This document shows, one piece after another, positions 37,880 through 51,882 of a stretch of 64,000 nt of DNA. The position numbers and the translations under genes are program-made. Where the stretch lies: contig NC_057718.1 of NCBI RefSeq assembly GCF_004010195.1, positions 13,042,201-13,106,200 of the forward strand. The letters are read 5' to 3'. This DNA comes from Chiloscyllium plagiosum. Its lineage: Eukaryota. How positions within the stretch are numbered: the first letter of the stretch is position 1; the number at the start of each line of letters is the position of its first letter. The notes under the pieces were generated by a model, which saw nothing but the letters and a program-made list of their open reading frames with translations, had not been told where the DNA came from and ran no database searches.

Positions 37880-40800
37880 AAAAACTTGTATTGTCTTGGG
37901 CGATGGAGAGATTTACCTTGAAAGTTGGGGCTGCGATTGAGGAGGGCCATGGAGAGATTCATGCCCGGGTCCAACCTATCGCATCTATGCTGCAGAAGCA
38001 TGAGCAGGGGATCCAGGGCCTCGGGGAGAGGCTGGAGGGTTGAACTAAGACCTCGGAAGCTGCGATGGAGTCCTCATCCAGGTGCTGGAGCGAGAGGTGT
38101 GGGCCTTGTGAAACCATATCAACGACCTCGAAAATCGAGGTCGGAGGATAAATCACCGAATTGTCTGGATCCCTGAAGATGAGGAAGGTGAGCAGCCAGT
38201 CAGTATTTTTGAAAGCTGGCTGCTGAAGTTTTTGGGCCTTCACATCAAGTCTGGCAGACTTATCGGGTTACAGTGCACAGGTCAGGGCTGGTGCAGTGCC
38301 CCCACCCGATCCGAGTGCACTTCCACTCATATAAGGACAAGCAAAAAGTAATAGAAGCTTCCAGATCACTGGGAAAAGATCCACAGGCACTGCTGTACAA
38401 GGGGTCAAAAATCATGTTTTTCCAGGATTTTTCCAGCTTTAATTTGAAAGAGGAAGTCCTTCGATGAAGTTAAAAAGAGGCTGAGGAACCTGGGCATCCA
38501 GTACTCCATGAGATACCCCGCAGTGCTCCGTTACAGTCATGAGGACTCAGTTTATTCATTTGGCTCAGCGGATAAAGCTAAAAACTTTGTAGACACTTTA
38601 AAATAGGCAGACTGGCCTGAAGAATATGGTTAATGTTTGCTCTCTTTTCCTTCTTTCCCCATGTTCTCCCTTCCTTTTTTTATTCCTTTCTTTCCCACTA
38701 ATAATTTCTTTTTTGGAAAGGGGGGAGAAAACTTGGAATAAGTTGTTCCTATTTTCTTTAATAACTGGATTTTCTGATGGGAAAGTTTGTGGATGTTCTT
38801 TGTTGTCTCCCCCTTTTTATTGTTTGTTCTGTTTCTCTTTTAGTCACAAGTAGGGGTGACATGAAACCAGGGATGGGTGGAGTGCTCATCCTGACTTTGT
38901 CTTTTTTCTGTTGATTTAAGGATCATTTTTTTTCTTTCTGGCCTAAGGCTGGGGCACAGTCTGGGTTTGAAGGAGCTGTGAAGGAGGGGGTGGGTAGGGT
39001 GAGTGCCCCCTTATGGGCAGGGGGAAGAGTCTTCCATTCAAGGTTTCATAGTTGGTTTCCTTTGTAGTTTTTTGGTAGTAATAGTTGTTTATAGTTATGA
39101 TAGAGTAGTTTTTGTATATATAGTTCTTTTACTCTATGAGTCTTTAGTTACTTGTGCTCAGCACTTTGTAAGCAGTGTTCTCCCTCCCAGGGGTGCAAAG
39201 GTCTCTGTCAGGGGATATGGCTAAGTGTCTTATTAAATGGTGCACCTGGAACATCAAGGGAAGTCATTCGCCTGTTAAAAGGAAAAAAGTGCTTTCGAGC
39301 CTTCAGAGGGAAAGGGTTAATATCGCTTTGTTGCAGGAACCCCATCTTGATGATGGGGAACATCTGAAATTACAACACGGGAGTTATGACTGGGTATTCT
39401 TTTTATCCTTTACTACTAAAAGTAGGGGAGTGGCGGTACTTATCCAGAAAAATGTTCCTTTCACATCATTAGAGCAGGTGAAAGATGAGCAGTGATGGTT
39501 TGTGATACTTAAAGCTCTGATACATGGAGAGAAATATGCAAATGTCTACTGTCCTCTGGCGCATACCCTCAAATTTTTGATTAGTGCTTTCTCTAAGCTG
39601 AGTGCTTTTGGAACATGGCACATTATTATAGGGGGGGATTTTAACTGTCTTTTGGATGCAATGGTGGACAGGATGCCTTGTGAGCCCCCAGCTATTTCAT
39701 CGCAGGCCAAGCAGGTGGTTGACTTATGCGAGGAGTTGGGGCTGGTAGGTATTTGGAGATGTCTTCACCCTACTGGCAGGACTTCACCTTTTCTTCAAAC
39801 CCACATAAATGTCACACGAGGATTGATCTCTTTCTGGCTCCCTCAGCCCTTCTGGATTCGATTATGGGTTGTAAAATTGGGAATATAGCTATCTCTGATC
39901 ACGCGGCGTTATATTTGGAGGTTAAGGCCAAGAGTGAAGGGCTAGGTTTATGGCACTGGCATTTGCACTCTCTTCTCCTTAAGGATTCCAAATTTGTGGA
40001 ATACTTTTTGAAGGAGTTTCAGGAATTCTTGACTATCAACTCAGGCACGGCTAGTAGTCCGTCTATGCTATGGGAGACTGCTAAGGCCTTTGCTAGGGGA
40101 TTAGCTATTTCCTATTCGGTTCGCCGGAAACGACAGAAGAAGAAACAGCAGCGTCTACTTGAGACGCAGTTGAAAGCCGCCGAGGCGGCTCATTTTGTGC
40201 GGCCTTTGGTGACTAAGCTACAGTGGATCATGGCCCTCCGGGCTGCCTTGAATTCAATACTGATACAAAACGCAAAGAAAGAACTTGCTTTTGTTAGACA
40301 AAGGCTGTTCGAATATGGGGATAGGCCAGGGACGTATTTAGCATACCTGACTAGGAAAAAGCATGCTCCCCAATCCATTACTGCAATTAGCGACAGCGCT
40401 GGGGTCCTTACATATGATGCTAAAAAGATTAATGAGGCTTTTCAGAGCTTTTACTCTGAATTGTATCGGTCTGAAGGTTGCGAGGACAGGAGGGCTAAAA
40501 TGGAGGCCTTTTTTAAGAACCTGGACCTCCCAGGGGTAACCTTGGAACAGGCCTCTCTCCTTAATGCCCCCTTGACAGTTCAGGAAGTACAGGAGGCAAC
40601 TAAGCAATTTCAGAGTGGGAAAGCACCTAGCCCTGATGGTCTCTCAGGTGAGTTTTATATGGAGTTTATAGGGATTCTGTCAAGGTCGATGTTGGAGATG
40701 TACAATCACTCCTAAATGCATGAATGCTTACCACCATCTTTGAGAGAAGCTAATATTTCCTTAATTCTTAAGAAGGGGAAGGTTCCTGAGGACTGGGCCT

Positions 40801-43368
40801 CATACAGGCCCATCTCTCTATTAAATTCAGACTTTAAGATTCTATCCAAGATCCTGGTGCTGAGGTTGGAAAAGGTGTTGCCCCATATTGTTAAAGAAGA
40901 CCAGACAGGCTTTATAAGGGGCTGTAGGTCCTCTAATAATATAAGAAGGTTGCTGAATATGGTCCAAGTTTGTTAGCAATGATCAATTCAGGGGTTGGTG
41001 ATTTCCTTCGATACAGAGAAAGCATTTGACCAGGCAGAATGGCCATATCTTTTTTATGTCTCAGAACAGTTTGGGTTGGGTGGGGTCTTTGCTAGGTGGG
41101 AGGAGGTTTTATTTCGCCACCCTCTGGCTGCGGTCATCACCAACGGGGTGAAATCTGGGAATTTTAGGATTGGTAGGAGTAGTCGGCAAGACTGCCCCCT
41201 CTCACCGCTGTTGTTTACGTTGGTGATAGAGCCACTGGCAGAGACCATTCGTCAGAACATCCACATAACTGCTCCGGAAGTGGAATCGAGGGCACACAAG
41301 ATTACACTATATGCAGATGATATCCTTCTGTTTTTATCGAACCTGATGACCTCCGTACCCCATTTGATGCAATGCATCAATTCATTTGGGGCTATTTCAG
41401 GATATAAAATTAACTTCGCAAAATCGGAGGCTATGCCTTTGGGGAACCTTAAGGATGTGCCAGAAGTTGAAGGTGGCCCTAAGTTCCCTTTTAAGTGGTC
41501 AAGGGCAGGGTTCCAATACCTAGGCATTTTAATACCCCCAAGTTCGATCTGTTATTTAGGACTAACTTTCCTCACTTGCTCGACAATATTAGGCGAGATC
41601 TCCAGAGATGGGAGGGTCTTCCAATTTCATGGCTGGGTCAAATATCTCTCATTAAGATGAATGTTCTTCCTTGTTTGCTTTATCCAACGCGTATGCTCCC
41701 TATAATGTTTCCCAGGCCAACGCTGTGGAAGCTTATGGAATGGTTTCGTTCCTTTGCCTGGCATCGTGGGCAGCCCCTCATCGAACTTACTAAATTGCAG
41801 TTGCCTCAAGGAGGGGGGGGGGGAAAATAGATTTCCTAGACATCAGGAGGTATCAATTGAGTTCCCTGCTGTCCTTTGTCTGTGATCCGAACTCAATATG
41901 GCTGAATATTGAGGCCTCCCAGGCAAAGTGCCCTCTTATTAACCTGTTGTTCATGGATGAGATAAGGACAGTTATGGCCCACTGTCGGAATCCCATTGTC
42001 ATTAGTACAGTCAAGGCATGGAGGGCAATGCTTCAGAGTGAGGGTTGTTTATCCAAGACTTCGCCACTTACACCTTTAGTTGGCATGCCAGGGTTCTGAC
42101 CAGGGATGAAGGACTCAGGGTTCAAACTATGGGCAGCGAGAGAAGTTTCTAGTTTGGGAGACATGTTTGAGGGGGAGGTTATGATGTCTTTTGAGCAACT
42201 GAGCCGCAAATATGGGTTGCCCAGCAGAGACCTTTTCCGTTTTTTTCAGGTTAGGGATTTCATCCAGAAGAATACTACACTTCTCACTAAGCCCTATAAG
42301 CCCAATACAGAGAGGTTGTTGCTATGTTCCACAAGCACCCTTTCGGTTAGTGCCCTTTATTGCCTGCTGGGTGGCAGGGCCTGGCAGGATATTAATCAGT
42401 ATGTGAGGTCTGGGAGCAAGAGCTAGGAGTGGAGATCTCTTCTGAAACATGGGAGAACATATGGGAGAATGCTCGAAAGATCTCAATCTGTAATAGGACA
42501 TTGGCTATGCAGTTAAAGGTTCTGCACCGGGTTCATCTGGCACCACACCATCTGGCAAAGTTTAAAAAGGGGCATCTTCAGTGTGCCCCAAATGTAAAAT
42601 AAGTGTAGGTACTCTTACCCATTGTTTCTGGACATGCCACAGGCTCCGTGTTCATTGGAGCACTGTGGCGGGAGAGGTAAGGAGGATATTGAGGACTGAA
42701 GTCAAAGTAGACACGATATCGCTCCTCTTACATCTACCAAATTTACCATCTTTAGACGGGCATAGGAAGAAATCATTTAATATTCTTGCATACTGTGCAC
42801 AGAAGAATATTCTGATGAACTGGGTGTCTGAGAACAGGGCTTGCTACGATGGCAGAAATTAATTATGGAGCACATTCCCTTGGACTTTTTTACAAACGTG
42901 GTGCACCACACAACAGACCATTTTTATAAGGCATGGCAGCCCTACTTGAGTTATTTGGATATAGATTCGTCAGTTATCTTAACTAGGGCATTTGTTTAAC
43001 CAGGGTGGTTACGTTTATCATGCCCTAGGTCTTGGAGGGGGTCTCCTGAGTTAATACGGGTAGATATACAATGCTCCCGTTTCTCTGTTTGGGAGCGTTC
43101 TGCCGAGCATAGCTGTTCTGCATTCTGTGGGGATTTTTGTGTTTGTTTAGCTTTTCTTTCTTTTTTTTGATCTATTAGTTATTTACTTATTTATTGGCGT
43201 TGCTAGGGTTTGTTTTGTATTATAGGATATTAGTAGTTAGTAGACAGTTGTATTGTAGTTTGTGTTTTTTTTATTGTACTGATATTTGTTATTGATTGTA
43301 TTTTTCAATAATTTTATATGTTTGTAAAGTTAAAAAAATTGCTAATAAATATCTTTACAAAAAAAAAG
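37880..43368 (+). mobile_element. L1-clade LINE, 5'-truncated within ORF1, ORF2 complete but disrupted, poly(A) tail
   Basis: ORF1 DLENRGRRINHRIVWIPEDEEG..KIMFFQDFS..RYPAVLR; ORF2 from ATG 39217 MAKCLIKWCTWNIKG, GGDFN, ISDHA, YRPISLLNSDFKILSK, YADD, CPKCKISVGTLTHCFWTC; ends aataaatatctttacaaaaaaaaa. Confidence 0.95.
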
Positions 43369-43369
43369 C

Positions 43370-43990
43370 TGTTGATTCCACTTCTCATCACTTTACAGAT
43401 GAACAACATATCTGGACAAGTTCCACACTGGATGTCAGTGTTATAGCTACAGTGGAACAGCTTGGCTAGAAGTGCAGCAAGTTCTGTAGCACAAGTCTCC
43501 AGAATGCTGTTGAGACCTGTATTCTTTGCAGTATCCAGTGTTTCCACCCCTTCAAGTCACATGGAGTGAATCAAAGTGGCTGAAGACTGGTACATGTGGG
43601 GTCCACTGAAGGAGGCCAAGATGGATGATCCTATCAGCATTTATAGCCTTATCTTTTGCAATGATGTGTTGGGATGGTTATGAGTCTGGGTGGGATGCTC
43701 TTCGGAGGTCGGTGTGGACTTGATGGACCGATTGGCCTGCTTCCACACTGTAGAGATTTCATAAGCTCTAGAAATCTGATTTATTATTGAACTAGATGGG
43801 TTTTTCCAACAATTGACAATGGTTCATGGTCACTATTAGGTTCTGAATTACAGATTTTTAAAATAGAATTCAAATTTCACCATCTGCCATTATAGGATTC
43901 AAGCCAAGGACTTTGGAACATTGGCTGAGTTTTTGGATTAATAGGCTAGTGATAATAATTGCTAGGCCATGGCCTCCTCTGGTAGAAATA
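43370..43990 (-). mobile_element. Cluster of LINE and SINE fragments
   Basis: ETCATELAALLAKLFHCSYNT (RT N-terminus of the 21390-22782 LINE type) and a reverse SINE head at about 43780-43985. Confidence 0.6.
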
Positions 43991-44339
43991 AACAATTTGA
44001 TGAGGAGCAGTGGAGTCCAAAATGTATTCCTTAACCTATGCAATAAAATATCTAATTTCTGTTGATTAAAAATTCAAATTAAATTTTGTCCCTTCTCTTT
44101 CTTTGCTTTGTTTCTCTTGGATGATGATACTGCCATTATGTCAGAACTTCTTAAGGGGGCTGCTCTGACCATTTAGAAGAATTTCAGTGAAAGCTCGCGA
44201 GAGGGGAATAGTAACTTTCCCTGATAATTTCTGCGAGTCATACCATTTTGTAACAGACTGCAAACATTTTCATAGACTCTTTTTTTATTACTTAAAATCG
44301 TTACTGGTGAATCTCTAGTACTTTTAAAGCAGCTATACT

Positions 44340-47285
44340 CATGGTCTACTGGATACCTTGGAGAGGGTGCAGCAGGAGATGATTGTACACATTGGAAATA
44401 ACAACATAGGAAGAAAAAAAGGAACAGATTCTGAGGAGAAAATATAGGAAGATAGGCAGGAATTTAAAAAGTAGGTCCTCAAGGGTAGTAATACTCCTGG
44501 TGCATCAGTTAGAGAGGGTGGGAATAGGAGGATACAGCAGATCAAAGCATGGCTGAGGAGCTGGTGCAGGTGAGAAGGATTCACATTTTTTGGATCATTG
44601 GAATCTTTCCTCGGGTAGAAGTGACCTGTATAAGAAGGATGGATTGCACCTGAATTGGAAGGGGACTACTAAGGGTGAGGGGGAGCCAGTGGAGTCAGTG
44701 AGAAAAGAGATCAGTCTGAAACTGGCACAGTTGGGAAAAGCAGTCAGAGCAAGCAGGAACAAAGCAGAGAATGAGGTAGGACGAATAAATTAAACTGTAT
44801 TCATTTCAATGCTTGAGGCCAGCAGGTAAGGCAGATGAATTTACGGCATGGTTGGGAACATGGGACTGAGATACCATACTGAAGACAGAGACGTGGGCTA
44901 AGGGATGGACAGGCCTGGCAGTTTAATGTTTCACAGTATGGATGCTATAGGAAGGATAGAAAGGGGGGCAAGAGAGGAGGGGGAGAGGTGTCTTTGATTA
45001 GGGATAACATTATGGCTGCACTCAGGGATATTATGCCTGGGATTACATCCAGGGAAGTTATTTCAGTGGAACTGAGAAATAAGATGTAAAAGGATAGACC
45101 GAAGTCAAAGTTCTATATTGGAGGAAGGCCAATTTTGACATTTATGGTGAGGGGAGAGATGTTTGCAGGTAAAAGAATGGCTGGAGAATGGGAAGCCTTC
45201 AAAAATGAGATAACGAAGAGTCCAGAGACAGTACGTTCCTGTTAGTGAAAGACAAAGCTGGTAGGTGCAGGGAATGCTGGATGACTAGAGAAATTAAGGT
45301 TTTGGTCAAGGAAAAGAAGGAAGCTTATGTCCGATTATAGACAGCAGGGATTGAGTAAATATCTCGAAGAGTATAAAGGCAGTACAAGTATACTTGAGAG
45401 GGAAATCAGGATGGGAGAAAAAGAGGACAAGAGATAGCTTTGGCAAATACGGTTAAGGATAATCCAAAGGGATTCTAAAAATACATCAAGGACAACAAGG
45501 GATAGAATAGAGCCACCTATGTGTGGAACTACAGGAGATGGGGGAAGATACCAAACCAGTATTTTGCATCGTATTCACTGTGGAGAAGGATATAGAAGAT
45601 AGAGAACATAGGGAAGGAAATAGCGACATCTTGAAAAATGTCCAAATGACAGAGGAAGAGGTGCTAGACATCTTAAAACGTATAAAGGTGGATCACTGGG
45701 ATCTGTTCAGGTGTAGCACAGAACTCTGTGAGAAGCTAGGAAAGTGATTATTGAGCCCCTTCCTGAGATATTTGTATGACCAATAGCCACAGATGTCATG
45801 CCAGAAGACTGGAAGTTGGCTAACGTGGTGCCACTATTTAAGAAAGGTGGTAAGGAAAAGCCAGGGAACTATAGACCAGTGAGACTTACATCAGTAGTGG
45901 GCAAATTGTTGGAAGGGATCCTGATGGACACCACTTACATGTATTTGGAAAGACAAGGGCTGACTAGGTAGAGTCAATATGGCTCTGTACATGGGAAATT
46001 GTGTCTCAATAACTTGATTGGGTTTTTTAAGGAAGTCACAAAGAGGATTGATGAGGACAGAATGGTGAACATGATCTATATGGACTTCGTTAAAAGGTTA
46101 GAGCCCCAACAGGTTTGTTTGGAAGTATTAGCTTTCAGAGCGCTGCTCCTTCATATATAGACTTTAGTAAGGCATTGGACAAAGTTTTGCAAGGTTGGAT
46201 CACCTGGAATACAGGGAGAACTACCCTTGGATACAGAACTGGCTAGAAGGTAGAAGACAGGCAGTAGTGGTGGAAGGTTGCTTTTCACACTGGATGCTGT
46301 GACCAGCAGTGTGCCACAAGGATCAGTGCTGGGTTCATTGCTTCTCATCATTTATATAAACGATTTGGATGTGAACATAGGAGGTATGGCTAGTAAGTTT
46401 GCAGATGACACCAAAAATGACAACGAAGAAGGTTTCCTCAGAGTACAACGGGTCCTTGAACAGATGGACCGAGAAATGGCAGATGGAGTTTAATTTTGAT
46501 AAATGTGAGGTAGTGAGTTTTGGAAAGGCAAATCAGGGCAGTACTTTTAAAATTTAATGGTAATATCCTGGGTAGTGTTGCTGGACAAAGAGAACTTGGG
46601 AGTGTAGATTCATAGTTTCTTGAAAGTGGAGTCCAGGTCAACAGGATAGTGAAGAAGGCATTTCGTATGCTTGCCTTTACTAGTCAGTGCATTAAGTATA
46701 GAATTTGGGAGTCATAATGTGGCTGTACATGGCACTGGTTAAGCCACTTTTGGAATACAGCATGCAATTCTGGTCTCCCTGCTATAGGAAGGATGTTATG
46801 AAACTTAAAAAGGTTCAGGAAAGATTTACAATGGTGTTTCCAGGGTTGGAGGATTTGAGCCATAGAGAGAGGCTGAACAGGCTGGAGCTATATTCCCTCA
46901 GACATTACGGGCTGAAGGGTGATCTTATAGAGATTTATAAAATCGTGAGGGGCATGGATAGGGTAAATAGAAAAGGTCATTTACCCAGGATGGGAGCATC
47001 CAAAACTAGAGGATGTAGGATTAGGATGAGAGGGGAAAGATTTAAAAAGGACCTAAGAGGCAACATTTTGAGTTAGGTGGATATATGGAATAAGCTACAG
47101 AGGAAGTGGTGGTCCAATTACAACATTTAAAAGGCATCTGGATGGGTGCAAGGATTGGAAAGGTTAAAAGGGATTTGGGCCAAATGCTGGCAAGTGGGAC
47201 TAGATTAATTTAGGATATCTGATTGGCATAAATGAGATGGACTAAAGGGTCTGTTTCCATGCTGTACAGTTCCTTGACTCTGTAG
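44340..47285 (+). mobile_element. CR1 LINE with ORF1 esterase (SGNH/GDSL-like) remnant and deleted ORF2
   Basis: IVHIGNNNIG and KKDGLHLNWKG in ORF1; VPQGSVLG and SKFADDTK in ORF2; 3'UTR tail. Confidence 0.9.
46089..46153 (-). mobile_element. 65-bp family-2 terminus unit with a partial hammerhead motif, inserted in CR1
   Basis: Minus strand ..AUGAA-GGAGC(AGC)GCUCU-GAAAG-CUA. Flanking tatatggacttc (46077-46088) and tatatagacttt (46154-46165). Confidence 0.7.
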
Positions 47286-47354
47286 ATTGCTAAAATGCAA
47301 ATGCTTATTAAGACAAAAATATTATAGATTTAGTGCTAATTTAAATAGACTTAC

Positions 47355-47853
47355 CACAGCTGGATATATAGATGCACAAGATGTCCTGCTCAGTAGGCCA
47401 ATAATAAAATTTTCCGGCAGACCACTCTTCATCCCAAGTTTTGTATAAAAACCTTTCTCGTGTCTTATATAAATCGAGTCACCAATAAGAAATAAGATGC
47501 TTCTTTCCAGGAAAGCTGCTGTTTTTACTATGTTCTCTTCCTGAAGTTGTAGTTCAGTAGGTACAATTTTTAGCTCTTCTGCCGTAATAAAACCATCATG
47601 AGTTATAAAAGTACCATAATCTGTCAGAAGCAAAGCACTGCTGGCTGAACAGGGATGGTGCACAATCAAAGGATTGCTACCTTCAGCTAGTTTCATCGGA
47701 ACATACCCAAGGGCTTTAATGATGGAGAGATCCAGACGTTTTTCAATAGTATATGATGTATCCATGATGAATAAATCTTCAAAAGTCATAGGTTTGCCAT
47801 GAACTTTTAGGATTATTTCATTAGTTACATTGTAAATGTTGACTGACCAGTAC
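47355..47853 (-). CDS. CATSPERE: CATSPERE internal coding exon (499 nt; YWSVNIYNVTNEIILKVHGKPMTFEDLFIMD...LLSRTSCASIYPAV)
   Basis: Acceptor ttttaatag, donor GTG/gtaagt, open frame (ORF 47322..47789). Resembles human TWRIVV..IRGNQVTFQDCFIAD..C..SAVLVTDMETFHTTDSF..ITGISSRKWC. Confidence 0.9.
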
Positions 47854-48304
47854 CTATTAAAAGAATCAGAAGAACACTGAAAATTATGCTAATAAGTGAC
47901 CTAATAATTGAAAGCAGGAAAAGTCTCCAACTTATACCCTCTCTGTTGATATATGCCTGCTAAACTTATCAAATCTCAGTTTGGCTTCTGTAAAACACTA
48001 TTCAAAGGTACCATGGTGAAGAGAAATTTATGTAAAACTCTTCCTCTACATTTCCTTAGATAATACTTCCTACAACTGATCAGAATGGAACTAATGACAA
48101 TTTCACAGTTCATATCACCAAATCCTCCCTTAAGCAGAAGCATGATCAGCAGTATCTAGAATGACAGCGTGTGTGAGTTGAAACTCAAAGTTCTAGCTGA
48201 TACCAGAGTACAATAGTGACATAAATGCAAGAAGAAAAGGAAACCATAACTATGACTCTATGAAACCCTGCTTTCAACAGAGCAATTAAATCAAACAAAC
48301 TAAA

Positions 48305-49480
48305 AAATTGTAGGAGTAGGCTATTTAGTTCCTCAAAATTGCCCCAGTATTCAACAAGATCATGGTAGATCTGTCTCCAGGCCTCAACTCTTCTTTCTTA
48401 GCCATCAACTAGTTGATATTTCAAAAATCTAGCTACTTCCTTTTAAATACTTCCATTGATGTAGCCTCCACAACTCTCTGGGGACAGAGAATTCCACACA
48501 TTAGCCACTCTCTAGGAGAAGAAATCTCCATTTTAAAATATCTGGCACCTTAATTTGTAACTATTTACGATTTCACCACTAATGGAAACATATTGTCAAG
48601 ACCCCTCAGAATCTTCTATGTTTCAATAAGATTACCTCAATTCTTCTAATTTCTACTGAATAATGACCTCATCTGTTTAGTCATTCTTGATAAACCAACC
48701 TCTTCATCCAGGAATCAGGCTGGTGAATCATTTTTCAACAGCCTCCAATGCCAATATATCCTGTTTTCAATACGAGGGCCAAAACTGTGACAGTACTCAA
48801 GGTATGGGCTTACCGATACCCTGTACAGTGGTAATAACACTTTCCTGTTTTTAACCTCTAACCCACAACAGTAAACTCCAAAATTCAATTTGCTGTCTTA
48901 ATTACTTGCTGCACCTGCAGCTAGCTTTTTGTGTTTCATGCACAAGAACAGCCACATCCCTCTGCACTGCACTTAATTCTCTCTCCATTTAGAGAACAGT
49001 CTGCCTCATCATAGAATCCCTACAGTATGGAAACAGGCCATTTGGCCCAATAAGTCTACATGGACCCTCCAAAGAGTATCTGACCCATACCCATTCCCCT
49101 ACCCTATCACCAAATTTTCTCTGACTACCTTAACCTACACATCTCTGAACACTATGGGCAATTTAGCATGACCAATTCACCTGACCTGCACATCTTTGGA
49201 CTGCGGGAGGAAACCCATGCAGACATGGAGAGAACGTACAAACTCCACACAAACAGTTGCCCAAGGCTGGAATCAAACCTGTCTCCCTGGCGCTGAGAGG
49301 CACTGTGCTGCCCTTTGGTTCTTCCTATCAAAACTGCACAACCTCACACTTTCCTATTTAAAACACCATATGCCAGGTTTTTCCACATTTACTCAAACTA
49401 TCCATGTCCCCTTGCAGGTTTTTTTAATGTCCTGATCACAACACACTTTTCCTTTTACTTTTATATCATCAACAAATTTG
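48305..49480 (-). mobile_element. Old CR1 3' part with nested HE1-like SINE (about 49010-49315, minus strand)
   Basis: Reverse LYRVSVSPYLEY..FWP motif near 48780-48825; reverse SINE V-domain at 49185-49260. Confidence 0.7.
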
Positions 49481-50004
49481 ACTACATTACAAATGAAAGC
49501 AAAATGCTGCGGATGCTGGAAATCTGAAATAGAGAATGATGAAGAAACACAATAGGTCTTTTAGCATTTCTGGAGAGAGAAAAACAGTTAATTTTGGAGT
49601 CCGATACACTCCAGGGGAATACAGGCCCAGTAAAGGTAACTACAGACATGTGGGAGGAGCTGGTCAGAATTGACCAGAAGGCAGGCCTAACAGGGAAGAC
49701 AGTGGAGCTGCAATGGCAGGAGTTTCTGGGGATAATTCAGGAGGCACAGCAGAAATTCACCTCAAGGAAGAAGAAACATTTAAGGGGAGGATGAGGCAAC
49801 CATGGTTGACAACAAAGTCAGGAACAGCATAAAACCAAAAGAAAAAGCACACAATGTGGTGAGGATTAGTGGGAAGCCGGAAGATTGCGAAGCCCTTAAA
49901 AACCAGCAGAAGGATCCCTAAAAAAGCAGTAAAGGGCAAAATGATGAAATATTAAGGTAAGCTACCTAGTAATATATAAGATTGCAAAAGTGGTTTTAGA
50001 CATA

Positions 50005-50223
50005 CAGTCGGTTCTGATATAACACGATTGTTCTATTCTCATGCAATCTCACTTTATAAGAAAATTGCACAATGGCTGCGCCATTTCAACTAATGGGGTA
50101 GGAATCGCATTATAGCCAATACAGATAAGGAAAGCTCGTGTTCTACAAATAACAGTCTAAATTCTTCAATCACTTTAAAGCCAATTCACATTGAAGAAAC
50201 ACACATTCTAGCAGAACTGACTG
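50005..50223. mobile_element. Small Tc1/mariner (Tigger-like) MITE
   Basis: TIRs cagtcggttctgatataa and ttctagcagaactgactg, TA on both sides. Confidence 0.8.
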
Positions 50224-50644
50224 TATAAAAGGTAAGAGAGAGGCAAGACTAGACATTGGACAACTGGTAAATAAGACAGGGATAGTAGTAATGGGGAAAC
50301 AAAGAAATGATGGAGGAACTCATTAGATACTCTGTATCAGTTTTCACCATGGAAGACACCAGCAGCTTTCCTAAACTTTAAGAGAGCCAGAGGCTAGAGG
50401 TGAGTGCAGTGGCCACCACTAGGGACAAGGTGCTGGCAGAACTGAATAGTCTGAAGGTGGATAAATCATCCGGATCAGATGGATTACATCTCAGAGTTTT
50501 AAGGGATAACTGAGGTATTGTTGAGGCATTGGTGGTGATCTTTCAGCAATCACTGGAGTCAGTGAGAGTCCCAGAGGACTGGATAACAGCCTAGTAAAAC
50601 ATCCTGGTTTAAGAAGGATGGGAGGCAGAAGACAGGAAACTATA

Positions 50645-50838
50645 CAAAAAAAAATCAGATGCTGGAAATCAGAAACAAAAACAGAAATTGCTGGAAAAAC
50701 ATCCTCAGGTCTCAAAGCATCTGTGGAAACAAGGCAGAGTTAATGGTCTGAAGAACCCATAACATTAACTCTGTTTTGTCTCCACAGATGCCTCAAGACC
50801 TGAGGATGTTTTTCCAATTTCTCTTTTTTTGTTTGAAA
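50645..50838. mobile_element. Palindromic family-3 PLE-like terminus unit
   Basis: Arms aaaacatcctcaggtctc..gcatctgtggaaacaaggcagagttaatg and cattaactctgttttgtctccacagatgc..agacctgaggatgtttt; loop contains ctgaaga. Flanks aggaaactata and agaaaactaca resemble a decayed TSD. Confidence 0.75.
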
Positions 50839-51368
50839 TAGAAAACTACAGGCTGGTTAGCCTGACCTCAGTCGCTGGTGCAATTTTAGAGTCCATTATT
50901 AAGGATGAAATTGCAGTGTATTTGACAGCGCAACGTAAAATAGGCCTGAGTCAGCCTGGCTTTGTCAAGGAGAGGTAATGCAGTTTTTTTTTCACGCCTA
51001 GAATTCTTTGAGGAAGTAATGAGCAAACTAAACAAAGGACAGCCAGTGGATGAGATTGATTTCGATTTCCAGAAGGCCTTTGACAGAAGGCTGCTAAATT
51101 AGAAAGGAAGAAATAGTATTTGGGGTAAGGTATTGTTATGGATAGAGGATTGGCTGCCTAGCAGAAGGCAAACTGTGAACATAATGGGATCTTTTTCAGG
51201 ATGGCAGCCAGTGATGAGTGGTGTCTGTCTTGGGACCGCAACTATTCACGTAATACATTAACAATCTTGACGAAGGAACTGAGGACATCGTTGCTAAGTT
51301 TGCAGATGACACAAAGACTGGACCAGGGACAGGTAGAGTTGAGGAAACGGGAGGTTGCAGAAGGACTT

Positions 51369-51408
51369 GGATAGGATAGGATAGGATAGGATAGGATAGG
51401 ATAGGATA
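51369..51408. repeat. (GGATA)n microsatellite
   Basis: Eight pentamer units. Confidence 0.95.
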
Positions 51409-51882
51409 GTGGGCAAAGAAGTGGCAAATGGAATACAATGTGGGAAAGTGAGAAGTTTTGCAGTTTGGTAGGAGAAACAAAAAGTTTGACTATTTTCTAA
51501 ATGGAGAAAGGCTTTGGAAATCTGAAGCACAAAGGGATTTGGGAATCCTAGTTCCAGGTTCTCTTAAGGTTAACATGCAGGTTAGTTAGCAGTTAGGAGG
51601 ACAAATGCAATGTTAGCATTCATTTCAAAAGAACTAGAATACAATAGTAGAGATGTACTACTGAGGCTGTTAAGGCTCTGGTCAGACTGCATTTGGAGTA
51701 TTGCAAGGAGTATTAGGCCCCATATTGTAGAAAGGATGTGCTGGCACTGGAGGGGTTCCAGAGGAGGTTTTCAAGAATGACCCCAGGCTTACCATTTGAG
51801 GACAGTTGAGGACTCTGTTTCTGTATTGAAATGGAATTCAGAAGGATGAGGGGATGGATCTGATTGAACTTACAGAATACTG

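Noticed and set aside
39726..41660. Long ORFs (329 and 221 aa) as host genes or an active retrotransposon
   Set aside because: They are pieces of L1 ORF2 broken by stops and frameshifts.
51196..51530. ORFs with (YPILS)n peptide repeats
   Set aside because: Translation of the GGATA microsatellite antisense to a CR1.
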